Below, one piece after another: positions 50,192-59,865 of a stretch of DNA of 64,000 nt. Position 1 is the stretch's first letter, and each line of letters begins with the position of its first letter. The DNA is taken from assembly GCA_963835935.1 (NCBI GenBank), contig CAWIHK010000005.1, positions 459,166 to 523,165 on the forward strand. Reading direction: 5' to 3'. The notes under the pieces were generated by a model. It did not search any database. It was not told the origin of the DNA and was given only the letters and a program-made list of their open reading frames with translations. A program made the translations under genes and the position numbers. The stretch comes from Ignavibacteriota bacterium. GTDB lineage: Bacteria > Bacteroidota > Ignavibacteria > UBA10030 > CAVZMI01.

Positions 50192-51152
50192 TAAACCTAA
50201 AGTTGCTTTCTATTGGTGTGCCTCGTGTGGGGGCTGTGAAGAATCAGTTGTCGATCTTGCAGAAAATATTCTTGATGTGGTTGCTGCGGTTGACATTGTC
50301 ATGTGGCCTGTTGCGATGGACTTCAAGAAAAAAGATGTCGAAGATATGGCAGATGGTTCTATCCTTGTTTCTTTGGTGAACGGAGCGATTCGAACTTCCG
50401 AACAGGAAGAGATGGCAAAACTCATGCGGAAAAAGAGTAAACTTATTATTGCCTACGGCTCGTGTGCGCATACGGGAGGCATTCCCGGACTTGCCAATCA
50501 ATTCGAGCGAGAGGAAGTGCTCAGATATGTGTACGAAGAATCTCCGTCGACGATAAATCCGCAAAAGACACGACCGGAACTTAAAGTTATCACGAACGGA
50601 AGTGCGGTCACCCTTCCAAATTTTTTCAATGTCGTTCGCGCACTCAATCAAGTAATCGATGTCGATTACTATTTGCCTGGATGTCCGCCGACACCGAAGT
50701 TATTAAAGCAAGCCATTGACGTACTTCTTTCCGGAAAATTACCTGAAAAAGGAACCGTACTCGCTCCAGATATCGCATTGTGTGACGAATGCCCGAAGAA
50801 AGATTCGAAACCGAGTGATTTGAAATTCACAGAATTCAAACGCCCGCACTGGACTGACATTGATCCAAAAACATGCCTGCTGGCCCAGGGCATAATCTGC
50901 ATGGGACCGGCAACCCGTGGAGGATGTGAGGGTGTTTGTATTTCAGGGAATATGCCATGCACAGGCTGTTTCGGACCTACATCTCGAATAATAGATCAAG
51001 GTGCAAAAATTCTTTCTGCTCTCGCTTCACAAGTCGAGGCAAAAGATGAAAAAGGAATCGATGAAACGTTGGCAACTATCCCCGACCCTGTTGGAACATT
51101 CTATCGATACGGTTTACCGGTATCACTCTTAAGAATAAAAAATTTTAAATAG
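50184..51152 (+). CDS. mvhG: [NiFe] hydrogenase small subunit, group 3c (MvhG-like). The ORF is open from 50100, but ATG 50184 overlaps the mvhD stop (ATGCCTGA).
   Basis: KVAFYWCASCGGCEES proximal-cluster motif and a C-terminal Cys cluster. Confidence 0.85.
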   Translation: MPDKPKVAFYWCASCGGCEESVVDLAENILDVVAAVDIVMWPVAMDFKKKDVEDMADGSILVSLVNGAIRTSEQEEMAKLMRKKSKLIIAYGSCAHTGGIPGLANQFEREEVLRYVYEESPSTINPQKTRPELKVITNGSAVTLPNFFNVVRALNQVIDVDYYLPGCPPTPKLLKQAIDVLLSGKLPEKGTVLAPDIALCDECPKKDSKPSDLKFTEFKRPHWTDIDPKTCLLAQGIICMGPATRGGCEGVCISGNMPCTGCFGPTSRIIDQGAKILSALASQVEAKDEKGIDETLATIPDPVGTFYRYGLPVSLLRIKNFK

Positions 51153-51177
51153 TACGATTTGAAATCAAGGAATAAAT

Positions 51178-52656
51178 ATGAAAGCAACATTCACTACGAC
51201 ACGACGTGTAACAATAGAACCTATAACTCGCCTGGAAGGTCATGGAAAGATCGATATCTTTCTCGATGACAAAGGTGAGGTGACAAAAGCATACTATCAA
51301 ATTCCTGAGTTGCGCGGTTTCGAGATTTTCTCAAAAGGACGGCCCGCCGAAGATATGCCACAAATTACAAGCCGCATCTGCGGTGTCTGCCCGACAGCGC
51401 ACCACATGGCAGGCACAAAAGCGCTCGACGATTTGTATCAAGTCGATCCTCCAATTCCAGCAAAAAAAATTCGTGAACTCATCTATAGTACCTTCATGCT
51501 GGAAGATCATGCCTTGCATGTCTACATTCTTGGTGGACCCGATTTTATCGTCGGCCCGGATGCACCGAAAGAACAACGTAACGTAGTTGGTGTGATAGGA
51601 AAAGTAGGCATCGAAGTCGGAAAGCGAGTCATTACTACACGAAAACGGCTGCGTGAGTTTATTGCGTATGCCGGGGGAAAAGTTATTCATCCGGTATTCG
51701 GACTCCCCGGCGGCGTAGCAAAAGGAATCACGTCGGATCAATTGCCGAAACTCAAAGAGCTTGCAAACGACGGACTCGATTTTGCACTCTTCACCCTAGA
51801 GGTGTTCAAGAACATCGTGTTGAAAAACGATGAGTATGTCAAACTTATCACATCCGACACCTACACACATAAAACGTACTACATGGGTTTGGTGGATGAA
51901 AAGAATCAGCCGAATTTCTACGATGGAATGATTCGCGTTGTCGATCCGAACGGAAAAGAGTTTGTAAAATTCCGGCCGCAAGAATATTTGAATCATATCG
52001 CCGAACATGTTGAACCGTGGAGTTATGTGAAATTCCCTTATTTGAAAAATGTCGGATGGAAAGGATTTGAAGAAGGGATTGAAAGCGGGATCTATTCAGT
52101 GGCGCCGTTAGCTCGGTTGAATGTCGCCGACGGCATGTCGACGCTTCAGGCTCAAAAAGCATTCGAAGAATATTACAGCACGTTCGGCGGTAAACCTGTT
52201 CATCATACGCTGGCAAATCATTGGGCTCGTGTTATTGAAATGATCAACGCAGCAGAGCGCATGGTCGAACTTGCAAACGATCCTGACATCACAAGTACGA
52301 ACATCCGTTTGATACCGACTGCAACACCTCATGTCGGGGTCGGTGTAGTTGAAGCTCCGCGCGGTACGTTATTCCACCATTACGAAACAGATGAACGCGG
52401 TATCATGACAAAAGCAAACCTGATCGTTGCGACCCAAAATAACTCCGGCCGCATCTCGATGAGTGTTGAAAAAGCTGCAAAAGGTTTGATTAAAGGCGGA
52501 GTGGTAAATGACGGGTTGTTGAATATGATCGAGATGGCATTTCGCGCTTACGATCCGTGCAACGCCTGCGCGACGCATTCACTTCCGGGTAATATGCCGT
52601 TGCAAATCCGGCTTCGAAATCAGAAAGGAGAAGTGGTCGGCGAGATTAAATCATAA
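51178..52656 (+). CDS. mvhA: [NiFe] hydrogenase large subunit (MvhA-like) with a cleavable C-terminal extension.
   Basis: N-terminal RICGVCPTAHH (L1 RxCGxCxxxH) and C-terminal DPCNACATH (L2 DPCxxCxxH) followed by a 25-aa tail. Confidence 0.9.
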   Translation: MKATFTTTRRVTIEPITRLEGHGKIDIFLDDKGEVTKAYYQIPELRGFEIFSKGRPAEDMPQITSRICGVCPTAHHMAGTKALDDLYQVDPPIPAKKIRELIYSTFMLEDHALHVYILGGPDFIVGPDAPKEQRNVVGVIGKVGIEVGKRVITTRKRLREFIAYAGGKVIHPVFGLPGGVAKGITSDQLPKLKELANDGLDFALFTLEVFKNIVLKNDEYVKLITSDTYTHKTYYMGLVDEKNQPNFYDGMIRVVDPNGKEFVKFRPQEYLNHIAEHVEPWSYVKFPYLKNVGWKGFEEGIESGIYSVAPLARLNVADGMSTLQAQKAFEEYYSTFGGKPVHHTLANHWARVIEMINAAERMVELANDPDITSTNIRLIPTATPHVGVGVVEAPRGTLFHHYETDERGIMTKANLIVATQNNSGRISMSVEKAAKGLIKGGVVNDGLLNMIEMAFRAYDPCNACATHSLPGNMPLQIRLRNQKGEVVGEIKS

Positions 52657-52668
52657 GGAGTTACTCCG

Positions 52669-53898
52669 ATGAAAAAAATCGCATTCCTGGTTTTCCTGTT
52701 CATAATCGGTGATCTAACTTTTATTCAAGCACAGGATCATCGACACCTCGACACGGCAATATTTATTAACAAGCAAAATGAATTTTTTGATTCTGTAAAA
52801 ACAAGTCTCGAAAAATTTTATAAGAAAGATACTCTTGCTAAAAAAGAGATAAGCGTTGATTTCACAAAGTGGAATCCGCCGATATCGGTCGATAATTTTA
52901 CAACATACTGGCATAATAAACTTATCTCACAGGCAGTTACAGGTACGTGTTGGTGTTTCTCCACTATCTCGTTTTTCGAATCAGAAATTTATCGTCTGAC
53001 AAAACGCGAAATAAAACTCTCGGAACTTTACACGGTGTACTGGGAGTATGTTGAAAAGGCTCGCGGATACGTCCGCACGCGCGGCGAACAAGAATTCGGA
53101 GAAGGTTCCGAATCGGATGCTGTGATCCGCATCTGGAAAAATCATGGAATTGTTCCTGCCGGTGCTTACCCTGGATTACTCGGCGGCCAGCCGTTTCACG
53201 ATCACCGGAAAATGTTTGCCGAATTGGATGCATATCTCAAATCATTGAAGACGACTAATGTATGGGATGAAGATGCAACGGAACATGCTGTTAAATCGAT
53301 ACTCAATCATTACATCGGCGCTCCTCCCGAAAAGATTACAGTAGATGATCAAGAAATGACTCCGAAGGAATATTTTGCAAAAATTGTAAAATTGAATCTC
53401 GATGATTATGTGGAGCTTGTTTCACTTTCCGATCGCCCATATTATGAATGGACGGAGTATGATGTTCCGGATAACTGGTGGCATAGCAAAGCATATTTCA
53501 ACGTTCCGCTTAGTGAATTTATAAACGCAATAAAAAAAGCGATTCGCAATGGCTATACGATGGCGATTGGCGGCGACGTGACTGAACCGGGCATTTATGG
53601 GCATGCCGGCATAGCAGTGGTACCCAGTTACGATATTCCTTCAGAGTACATCGATGAGAGCGCTCGTATTTTCCGATTTAAGAATGGAACAACAGGTGAC
53701 GATCATGGAATTCATCTCGTCGGGTACTTACAAAAGAACGGAACGGATTGGTATCTTATAAAGGATTCCGGTTCCGGTTCAAGAAATAATGCTCATCCGG
53801 GATATTATTTTTTTCATGAGGATTATATAAAATTAAAGATGTTGGGAGTGATGCTACCAAAGAGCGCCATGCCCGAGATCGCAAACAAAATGAAATGA
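52669..53898 (+). CDS. Papain-like cysteine peptidase (C1 family, aminopeptidase C/bleomycin-hydrolase-like) with an N-terminal signal peptide.
   Basis: Signal peptide MKKIAFLVFLFIIGDLTFIQA. Catalytic Cys context QAVTGTCWCFS and His context DHGIHLVGY. Confidence 0.6.
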   Translation: MKKIAFLVFLFIIGDLTFIQAQDHRHLDTAIFINKQNEFFDSVKTSLEKFYKKDTLAKKEISVDFTKWNPPISVDNFTTYWHNKLISQAVTGTCWCFSTISFFESEIYRLTKREIKLSELYTVYWEYVEKARGYVRTRGEQEFGEGSESDAVIRIWKNHGIVPAGAYPGLLGGQPFHDHRKMFAELDAYLKSLKTTNVWDEDATEHAVKSILNHYIGAPPEKITVDDQEMTPKEYFAKIVKLNLDDYVELVSLSDRPYYEWTEYDVPDNWWHSKAYFNVPLSEFINAIKKAIRNGYTMAIGGDVTEPGIYGHAGIAVVPSYDIPSEYIDESARIFRFKNGTTGDDHGIHLVGYLQKNGTDWYLIKDSGSGSRNNAHPGYYFFHEDYIKLKMLGVMLPKSAMPEIANKMK

Positions 53899-54419
53899 CA
53901 GTTGATCCATCAAACATAAACCAAAATTCCGGTTCAGGGCGCACAGAAGACGCGCCCTGTTCCATTTTAGTACTGGCTCTCGGCAACGACATCATGGGTG
54001 ACGATGCCGTTGGCTTGCATGCCGCAAAAGCGCTTCGCAAGAAGTTTTCGAACCGAATTACAATAATCGAAGCAATGATTGCAGGTTATTCGTTGCTCGA
54101 TATTCTCGACGGATATTCTCATGTTCTTCTAATCGATGCCGTTACAACTGGAAAAAGCCTACCGGGCGCCATCCGTGAATTTTCGAAAGAAGAGTTCGAA
54201 ACATTATATGCTGCTTCGCCGCATTATGTAGGAATCCCGGAGGTACTCACTTTAGCAAAACGGTTAGGATTACAAATGCCGGTTGAATTCCGGATTTTAG
54301 CGATGGAAATTTCCGACACACATGAATTACGAGAATGCTTAAGCCCGAAAATAAACGAAGCGCTTCCGAAATTTATTCAATATGCTGAAGATATTATCCG
54401 AGGGTGGTTGACTCAGTAA
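53895..54419 (+). CDS. Hydrogenase maturation endopeptidase (HyaD/HybD/HycI family).
   Basis: LVLALGNDIMGDDAVG...LLIDAV motifs. ATGA overlap with the upstream gene. Confidence 0.8.
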   Translation: MTVDPSNINQNSGSGRTEDAPCSILVLALGNDIMGDDAVGLHAAKALRKKFSNRITIIEAMIAGYSLLDILDGYSHVLLIDAVTTGKSLPGAIREFSKEEFETLYAASPHYVGIPEVLTLAKRLGLQMPVEFRILAMEISDTHELRECLSPKINEALPKFIQYAEDIIRGWLTQ

Positions 54420-54429
54420 ACAAGAAGTT

Positions 54430-54828
54430 TTATTTTGCATCCAATTTCGAAATTAGAACACCTATCGTTATCATAAAGAATCCTATCAATCCATAGATCA
54501 AATGTAAGTAGTGAAATGATCGAATGATAATTACCTCGCCGACAATCCATCCGAGTGATATGCAACCTTGATAAATTATAAAGAGATAATATTTTTCCCA
54601 ACGAATTATTGTGATTACGGAGATAATAAAACTGGATAATCCGTTCATGACCAACAAAATTATTGCCGGAATCAAAAAATCCGGGAAAGGCGAATATTGA
54701 AGAAGTGATAACGGTATCTTCATAAAATTCCCGCTAGGATCGTAGAGCAATGCCAAACCACCAAAGAAGGCTGATATGCCGTTGAAGATCAACAAAACGA
54801 TTGCGCTTGTGTGAAAGATATTTTTCAT
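54430..54828 (-). CDS. Hypothetical integral membrane protein (4 TM).
   Basis: Highly hydrophobic 132-aa ORF whose stop overlaps the upstream GNAT gene's start. Confidence 0.4.
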   Translation of the reverse strand: MKNIFHTSAIVLLIFNGISAFFGGLALLYDPSGNFMKIPLSLLQYSPFPDFLIPAIILLVMNGLSSFIISVITIIRWEKYYLFIIYQGCISLGWIVGEVIIIRSFHYLHLIYGLIGFFMITIGVLISKLDAK

Positions 54829-55313
54829 TGTATACTTTTTTCCAAATAGCAGACTTCGAACGGTAAATGATTAAATCGCTTTGTTCCTGTTTCTATGAAT
54901 CCATATTGTAGATACCATTTTTTTAAGATCGAGTGGCCGTTGATGATTGCAATACATACTTTCTTGCCGCCCCGGTTTTTAACATTATCAAAAACGAAAT
55001 CCATTATCGATGTTCCAAACTTTTTATGGCGAAATTCAGGAAGGACTGCTAATTTTTCCATGTAATACTTTTCTTCATCAGCTTTTTCGATTGCAACAAA
55101 TCCGATTTTCTGATTATCGGAGGAGACACCATAAAGTTCAATTCCTTTTTTCTGCATGCTCACAAGAGTGCTAAGCTCGATAAACGCCGCGTTTGTCGGC
55201 GCATTTTGTATCGTGAGGTTAAATTTATCCGCGACTGTTTGGAATGACCTGCGGATGATGTCGACCCATTCACCCATTTCATCTATACTTCGGATTTGGA
55301 TGATATTTAACAT
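54825..55313 (-). CDS. GNAT family N-acetyltransferase.
   Basis: Acetyl-CoA-binding motif region (LAVLPEFRHKKFGTSIM). Confidence 0.7.
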   Translation of the reverse strand: MLNIIQIRSIDEMGEWVDIIRRSFQTVADKFNLTIQNAPTNAAFIELSTLVSMQKKGIELYGVSSDNQKIGFVAIEKADEEKYYMEKLAVLPEFRHKKFGTSIMDFVFDNVKNRGGKKVCIAIINGHSILKKWYLQYGFIETGTKRFNHLPFEVCYLEKSIQ

Positions 55314-55443
55314 AAAAAAATATTCCTTTCCATTCCAATTCTCTCAAAATATTTTAATTCAGATTTGTCATTAGAGAATTTTCTAATGGCCGTCATTAGA
55401 ATAACTCATTAATTCATAAAGCATTAACCATCACCATGGTGGT

Positions 55444-55560
55444 TTCGATACATCCAAATCTGATTTTCAGATTTGGATTACTCAACCACCGGCTTATCAG
55501 CACGGTCGGTGAGTAGTCCTTCAAATCGCCATAAAAAAGGGACGTATCGAACCGACCATA
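55444..55560. other. Structured intergenic element. Two near-identical ~19-nt terminal inverted repeats (GGTGGTTTCGATACATCC / GGGACGTATCGAACCGACC) flank two tandem hairpins: a perfect 10-bp stem TCCAAATCTG-ATTTT-CAGATTTGGA and a 10-bp stem GGATTACTCA...TGAGTAGTCC. Possible ncRNA or MITE-like element.
   Basis: Base-pairing as listed, lying between two minus-strand genes. Confidence 0.35.
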
Positions 55561-55653
55561 TGAGAAAGCTTCAGAATCTTAAAATATTTTTTTCCTAATA
55601 ACAAATTTGGGTTTAATTCAAGCATGCGGTTCTTGTAGTTAGTTGATTGTCGT

Positions 55654-57732
55654 TCATACTGTTTTTCTCTTCAATGGGATCGTTGGAAAGTGATTATTAT
55701 ATTTTCTAATCGCAAGACTCACCCCGAGTAAAAACCAAAACATAGTAATGGTGATCTGACTGCCGAAATTCCATTCTCCTAATCCATTTACAAGAAAAGT
55801 AATTGTTCCTCCAACGGCACCAAGTACGGCATCTGATAAAATAGTACCTGTTGCTACCGATTGGAATATCTGTATTTGCGTTCGGAGAATCTTACCTAAT
55901 AAAAATAAAACCGCACATGTACCTACAAGACCGAATATTACCAGGAATTGGATATAATTATTGTGAAGATGGCCGAAGTTTTCTTTCTCGTATGGCCGCC
56001 TGAATTGCGCATACGTGTTGGCAACATCTATATCACCAATGCCGAATATCGGGTGTGTCCGGAAAATTCTCAAACCTGTTTCCCACATCTGGAGGCGCTG
56101 ATAGTTTGTCGGATAATCAAGATCGAGCAGGCTTAGCAATCGATTGCGTTGACGCTCCACCGTCAGTACGGTGTTGCCGGAAAGCATTACGTCTCTCGGT
56201 ATATAATCGAGCGGAATTCTCATTTGAATAATAAAAGAGTTATCTCTATCAAGCGACACAACGGTAATTCCCTTCATACTTGCAAAAACTATCCTTACAG
56301 AATCCGATGAAAAATCGAGAATACCGCCGAGGTCATTTCGCTTTTCGATGAATGTCACTGTAGATGAATCGATTCTATATCGTTCAAGCCATTCCGTTGT
56401 ACAAATGAATAAATTATTGTCGACGGTGAATGCCGTTGCGACTGTAGAATTGATATGCCGCCGAAATATTTCTCGATTAGGAATACCATGTTGAAGTGTG
56501 TAAACACACACAGTATCATAAAAAGAGGAGAGAGACATATATTTTTTATCGATATTCAATATTTGAAAATTGACAAGATTGTTGTAACGAAGAGTATCTT
56601 TCATGTTCAAAGGATTTCGGAAAATCGTGATCCCGCTGTCTTTATCTAGTGCATAGAGCATATTGTTTGCACTCATGGATGATCGAAGCCTACCCGGAGA
56701 CCAAAAAATATTATTCAAGTTGAATCCAGCGGCATTATTTCTCTGAAGCAAAACCATTCGTGAATCGATCAACGACGCAACGAACATACTATCCCGCCAT
56801 GGTATACATGAAATTACAGGCGCAGGAAGATGGACAGATGAGCTATTCCCGTTTTTATCAACCAGGACGAGACTGTTTTCATAATCACTGATGATGACGG
56901 TGCTATCAATTGATGATACTTGATAAGCTGTTCCCCGGGTTGAGATCAATTGTGTTTGTGTTAACTTTCCGGATGATAAGTTGTAAACGTGAACGTTACT
57001 TTTTCCTTTTGTGAGAAGAAGAAAGCCTGTCGTAATAATTATAAGAATGGCAAATGAAGACCATTTTTTCCTGAGCAGCGTCAGGCTAATTACTCCGGCC
57101 AACGCACCGAGCCACGCCGCGCGAGAATAGGTTGCCGACAACGCAATGACCGAGATAAACAGCCCGACAAAAATATGGCTTCGCTTAGAAAGACGAACCT
57201 TTTCGTCGATTGCAAACGCAAAAAGCATAACCACAAGTATCGCCAGCACACTTCCGGTCGCCATAACATGGCCAAATGGAGATGGACCGTTGACATGAAG
57301 CAGATACAGGTTTTGAGTATAATGATACCAGGCAACACAGAGATATGCCATAGCAGTCAACACCCCGGCGAACAGAAATATTTTAAGGAAGAGGATAAGT
57401 TTCGGAATATTTTCTACTGCATAGAAAAACGTATAAGCAACAGGAATTAATAGAGCGCGTTTCACCGGGAATATAAATGCAGTTGCCGGGTGGGCAGAAA
57501 AAACAGAAGAAAGAATTTCAGCGGCGAGAAAAAATAGGAATGCCAATTCCATTCCTGTTTTTTCAATTCGGCCTTTACCATAAGCGAAACGAATAGTAAT
57601 AAGGATTAAAGCACCGAAATAACCAATCTGATTTATGAATATTGAATTTGTCAGTGAAACAACAAATAGACAAATTAAAAAGAAAATCATTTTATCTATG
57701 ATTTGCAGAGCAGACGATGACAAGTATGCCAC
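55654..57732 (-). CDS. O-antigen ligase/polymerase-like (Wzy_C) polytopic membrane protein with a large central extracytoplasmic domain.
   Basis: Multiple TM helices and the Wzy_C-type motif around SRAAWLGALAGV. Confidence 0.55.
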   Translation of the reverse strand: MAYLSSSALQIIDKMIFFLICLFVVSLTNSIFINQIGYFGALILITIRFAYGKGRIEKTGMELAFLFFLAAEILSSVFSAHPATAFIFPVKRALLIPVAYTFFYAVENIPKLILFLKIFLFAGVLTAMAYLCVAWYHYTQNLYLLHVNGPSPFGHVMATGSVLAILVVMLFAFAIDEKVRLSKRSHIFVGLFISVIALSATYSRAAWLGALAGVISLTLLRKKWSSFAILIIITTGFLLLTKGKSNVHVYNLSSGKLTQTQLISTRGTAYQVSSIDSTVIISDYENSLVLVDKNGNSSSVHLPAPVISCIPWRDSMFVASLIDSRMVLLQRNNAAGFNLNNIFWSPGRLRSSMSANNMLYALDKDSGITIFRNPLNMKDTLRYNNLVNFQILNIDKKYMSLSSFYDTVCVYTLQHGIPNREIFRRHINSTVATAFTVDNNLFICTTEWLERYRIDSSTVTFIEKRNDLGGILDFSSDSVRIVFASMKGITVVSLDRDNSFIIQMRIPLDYIPRDVMLSGNTVLTVERQRNRLLSLLDLDYPTNYQRLQMWETGLRIFRTHPIFGIGDIDVANTYAQFRRPYEKENFGHLHNNYIQFLVIFGLVGTCAVLFLLGKILRTQIQIFQSVATGTILSDAVLGAVGGTITFLVNGLGEWNFGSQITITMFWFLLGVSLAIRKYNNHFPTIPLKRKTV

Positions 57733-57821
57733 GTTCCCGTTTTTAAAATTATTACTGCATGGAAAATCTTATACAAGATAAGTATTCAGTTGGATAATTA
57801 CTACTTATTTTGCAGAGGCTG

Positions 57822-58529
57822 TTACTCTTTTTTCGCCATGATCGCTGCGTAACAAACATTTTTATGAAGTATATCAATCTTTTTAAAACCGACTTCGGCT
57901 AATGTTGATATGATGAATGTTGAAGATTCCGGCGTGTCCTCCTTCTCAATAAAGTCGAATACTGTTTTTTGAAATTCAACCCCGCCGGTTTCAATCAGAT
58001 ATTTTTTATATCGATCTTGCTGAACTTGTTCGATCTCATCGATTTCGTGCCGGATGAGATCCCAATACCAATATGTGCCGTTTGGTTTTAAAGAGTTGTA
58101 AATTTTTTGGAAAACATTTTTCCATTCCTGCCGGACACGAAGATGATGCAATACCGCCCCTGAAACTATAATGTCGTAATAATTCTGTTCCAGAATTGCC
58201 GAGCGCACATCTTCCTGAATAATCCGGTCGACGACTCCATCCGCCGCACGAACCCGCTGTGATGCGCGTTCTATCATCTTACGACTTAAGTCGAGAAGCG
58301 TGCAATGCAAACCCGGTATCTTTTGCAGGATTCTTATTGTGAAGTTTCCACCGCCGCAGCCAATATCGAGAAGTGTTTGCCCTTCAGTATGAAGCGCTTT
58401 TACTGATTCTGCTATCATGTCGAGCACAATCGGTGCATCGACGGTTGCTATTTGGCCATTTTTTTCATCAGTGAAACGGTCTACGTCGTCATCGAACCGT
58501 TTTCGAATTTCATCAACTGAACTTTTCAT
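57822..58529 (-). CDS. Class I SAM-dependent methyltransferase. The ORF is open to 58676, but the likely start is MKSSVDEIRK... at 58529.
   Basis: Motif I LLDIGCGGGNFT. Confidence 0.7.
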   Translation of the reverse strand: MKSSVDEIRKRFDDDVDRFTDEKNGQIATVDAPIVLDMIAESVKALHTEGQTLLDIGCGGGNFTIRILQKIPGLHCTLLDLSRKMIERASQRVRAADGVVDRIIQEDVRSAILEQNYYDIIVSGAVLHHLRVRQEWKNVFQKIYNSLKPNGTYWYWDLIRHEIDEIEQVQQDRYKKYLIETGGVEFQKTVFDFIEKEDTPESSTFIISTLAEVGFKKIDILHKNVCYAAIMAKKE

Positions 58530-58539
58530 TTCTTTCCCT

Positions 58540-59091
58540 TCATCGATGAATAACAAGTGAAAACCAAACACTATCTTGGTCACCGGCATTCTCGAACTGA
58601 ATGAATCCATTTTTTTTAAGAACACAAATCGAGCCGACGTTGTCGATGGTTGTTTGTGCGTCAATGCGCACGACACCGTTTTGTTCTCGCACCCACCGGA
58701 TTAATCCACCCACCATCTCCGTGGCAAATCCCTTCTGTTGAAATTCCGGTAAAACAGAATACCCAATTTCAATCTTGCCTTCATTATCGGGCGCACCCTT
58801 AAATTTCACACTTCCGCATAGTATACGTTCATCACAATCTATTTTTATAGCGTACCACAAAAGCCACTGACCTAATTCCGGATTTTCTATAAGAAGTTTT
58901 CGAAAGAATGGGAGAGCGTCCTTCAGGGTTTCCGGCGGCCATGATAAAGGAATATTCGCCCGGAGTAATCGTCCGAATTTTTCACGGTCCTCAATTTCCG
59001 CAGTTATAATATCTTCTGAGCCGCTGATAAGCTCAAGCCGTTGAGTTTGAATTGCAATCGTTGATAGAATGGACAAGTTTCGTGAAGACAT
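58540..59091 (-). CDS. GNAT acetyltransferase (RimJ/RimL-like). The start is probably internal to the annotated ORF.
   Basis: QTQRLELI N terminus typical of the RimL-like family, and the GNAT core EFQQKGFATEMV. Confidence 0.65.
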   Translation of the reverse strand: MSSRNLSILSTIAIQTQRLELISGSEDIITAEIEDREKFGRLLRANIPLSWPPETLKDALPFFRKLLIENPELGQWLLWYAIKIDCDERILCGSVKFKGAPDNEGKIEIGYSVLPEFQQKGFATEMVGGLIRWVREQNGVVRIDAQTTIDNVGSICVLKKNGFIQFENAGDQDSVWFSLVIHR

Positions 59092-59831
59092 TCTTTGTTC
59101 ATCTCATTAAATTCACAATTGATGTATTCTTCTTTCTGTAATTTAATTTTTTTAATTTCCGAGAGAAACTCGCAAGCTTCCTGAAGCGCAAGATACGTAT
59201 CGCGCTTGCAGCAGCGCGGCCCTCCGTGCATGGCAATCGAGTGTAAACTTTTCGAAGTCATGAGGTTGCTTAACTTCCATTCCTCTATCGAGAGAGGTGT
59301 GGCATTTGTGATGACACTGATAAATATTCCCGTGCCGACACCTGCGCCACAATTTCCGTAAAATCCGCAGAACCCGCCTAAAATATTTTCCGCTCTTTTC
59401 TTAGCGATGGCTATTTTAGTAGGTTTGCTTTCGGCATCTTTCATGAAATTATAATAGGAACTCAACAATACGGCAGGGACTAGGAAATGATGTTCAGGCC
59501 CATGCATTTTTATTTTTGAATTCTTCATTATTGCAGTTGCCATTTCAATCGGATTGACTCCGTCGGCATGAATGCAGTACTGCTCGATATACTCGTTCGC
59601 CGGCAAACTATGACAACCATCGCAAACGAAATGTCCTTTTGAACACTGAGCGTTTGAAGAAAAATAGCCTCCGCAAATGGAACATTCCATTGATTCAATA
59701 ACTTCCGTATATAATAATTGCGAACCGCAAAGGATGCATCCGCTTTTATACTCTGCCATTTGTACCTTTCGAAAATTACTCTTCGTCTCACTGGAAATAT
59801 CAAGATAAGTTTTAATTTCTTTATCTTCCAA
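59004..59831 (-). CDS. Cysteine-rich hypothetical protein (multiple CxxC pairs).
   Basis: CILCG...CSICG...CDGCH... and GFCGFYGNCGAG motifs. Confidence 0.4.
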   Translation of the reverse strand: MEDKEIKTYLDISSETKSNFRKVQMAEYKSGCILCGSQLLYTEVIESMECSICGGYFSSNAQCSKGHFVCDGCHSLPANEYIEQYCIHADGVNPIEMATAIMKNSKIKMHGPEHHFLVPAVLLSSYYNFMKDAESKPTKIAIAKKRAENILGGFCGFYGNCGAGVGTGIFISVITNATPLSIEEWKLSNLMTSKSLHSIAMHGGPRCCKRDTYLALQEACEFLSEIKKIKLQKEEYINCEFNEMNKECLHETCPFYQRLQFKLNGLSLSAAQKIL

Positions 59832-59865
59832 TATTTATTAAAAATGGAGGAAGAAGAACTTTGGT

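Noticed and set aside
55461-55485. Perfect 10-bp hairpin considered as a tRNA fragment or terminator
   Set aside because: The stem is too long for a tRNA arm and no cloverleaf could be built. No U-tract follows on either strand, so it is not a canonical intrinsic terminator. It is reported as part of a structured element instead.
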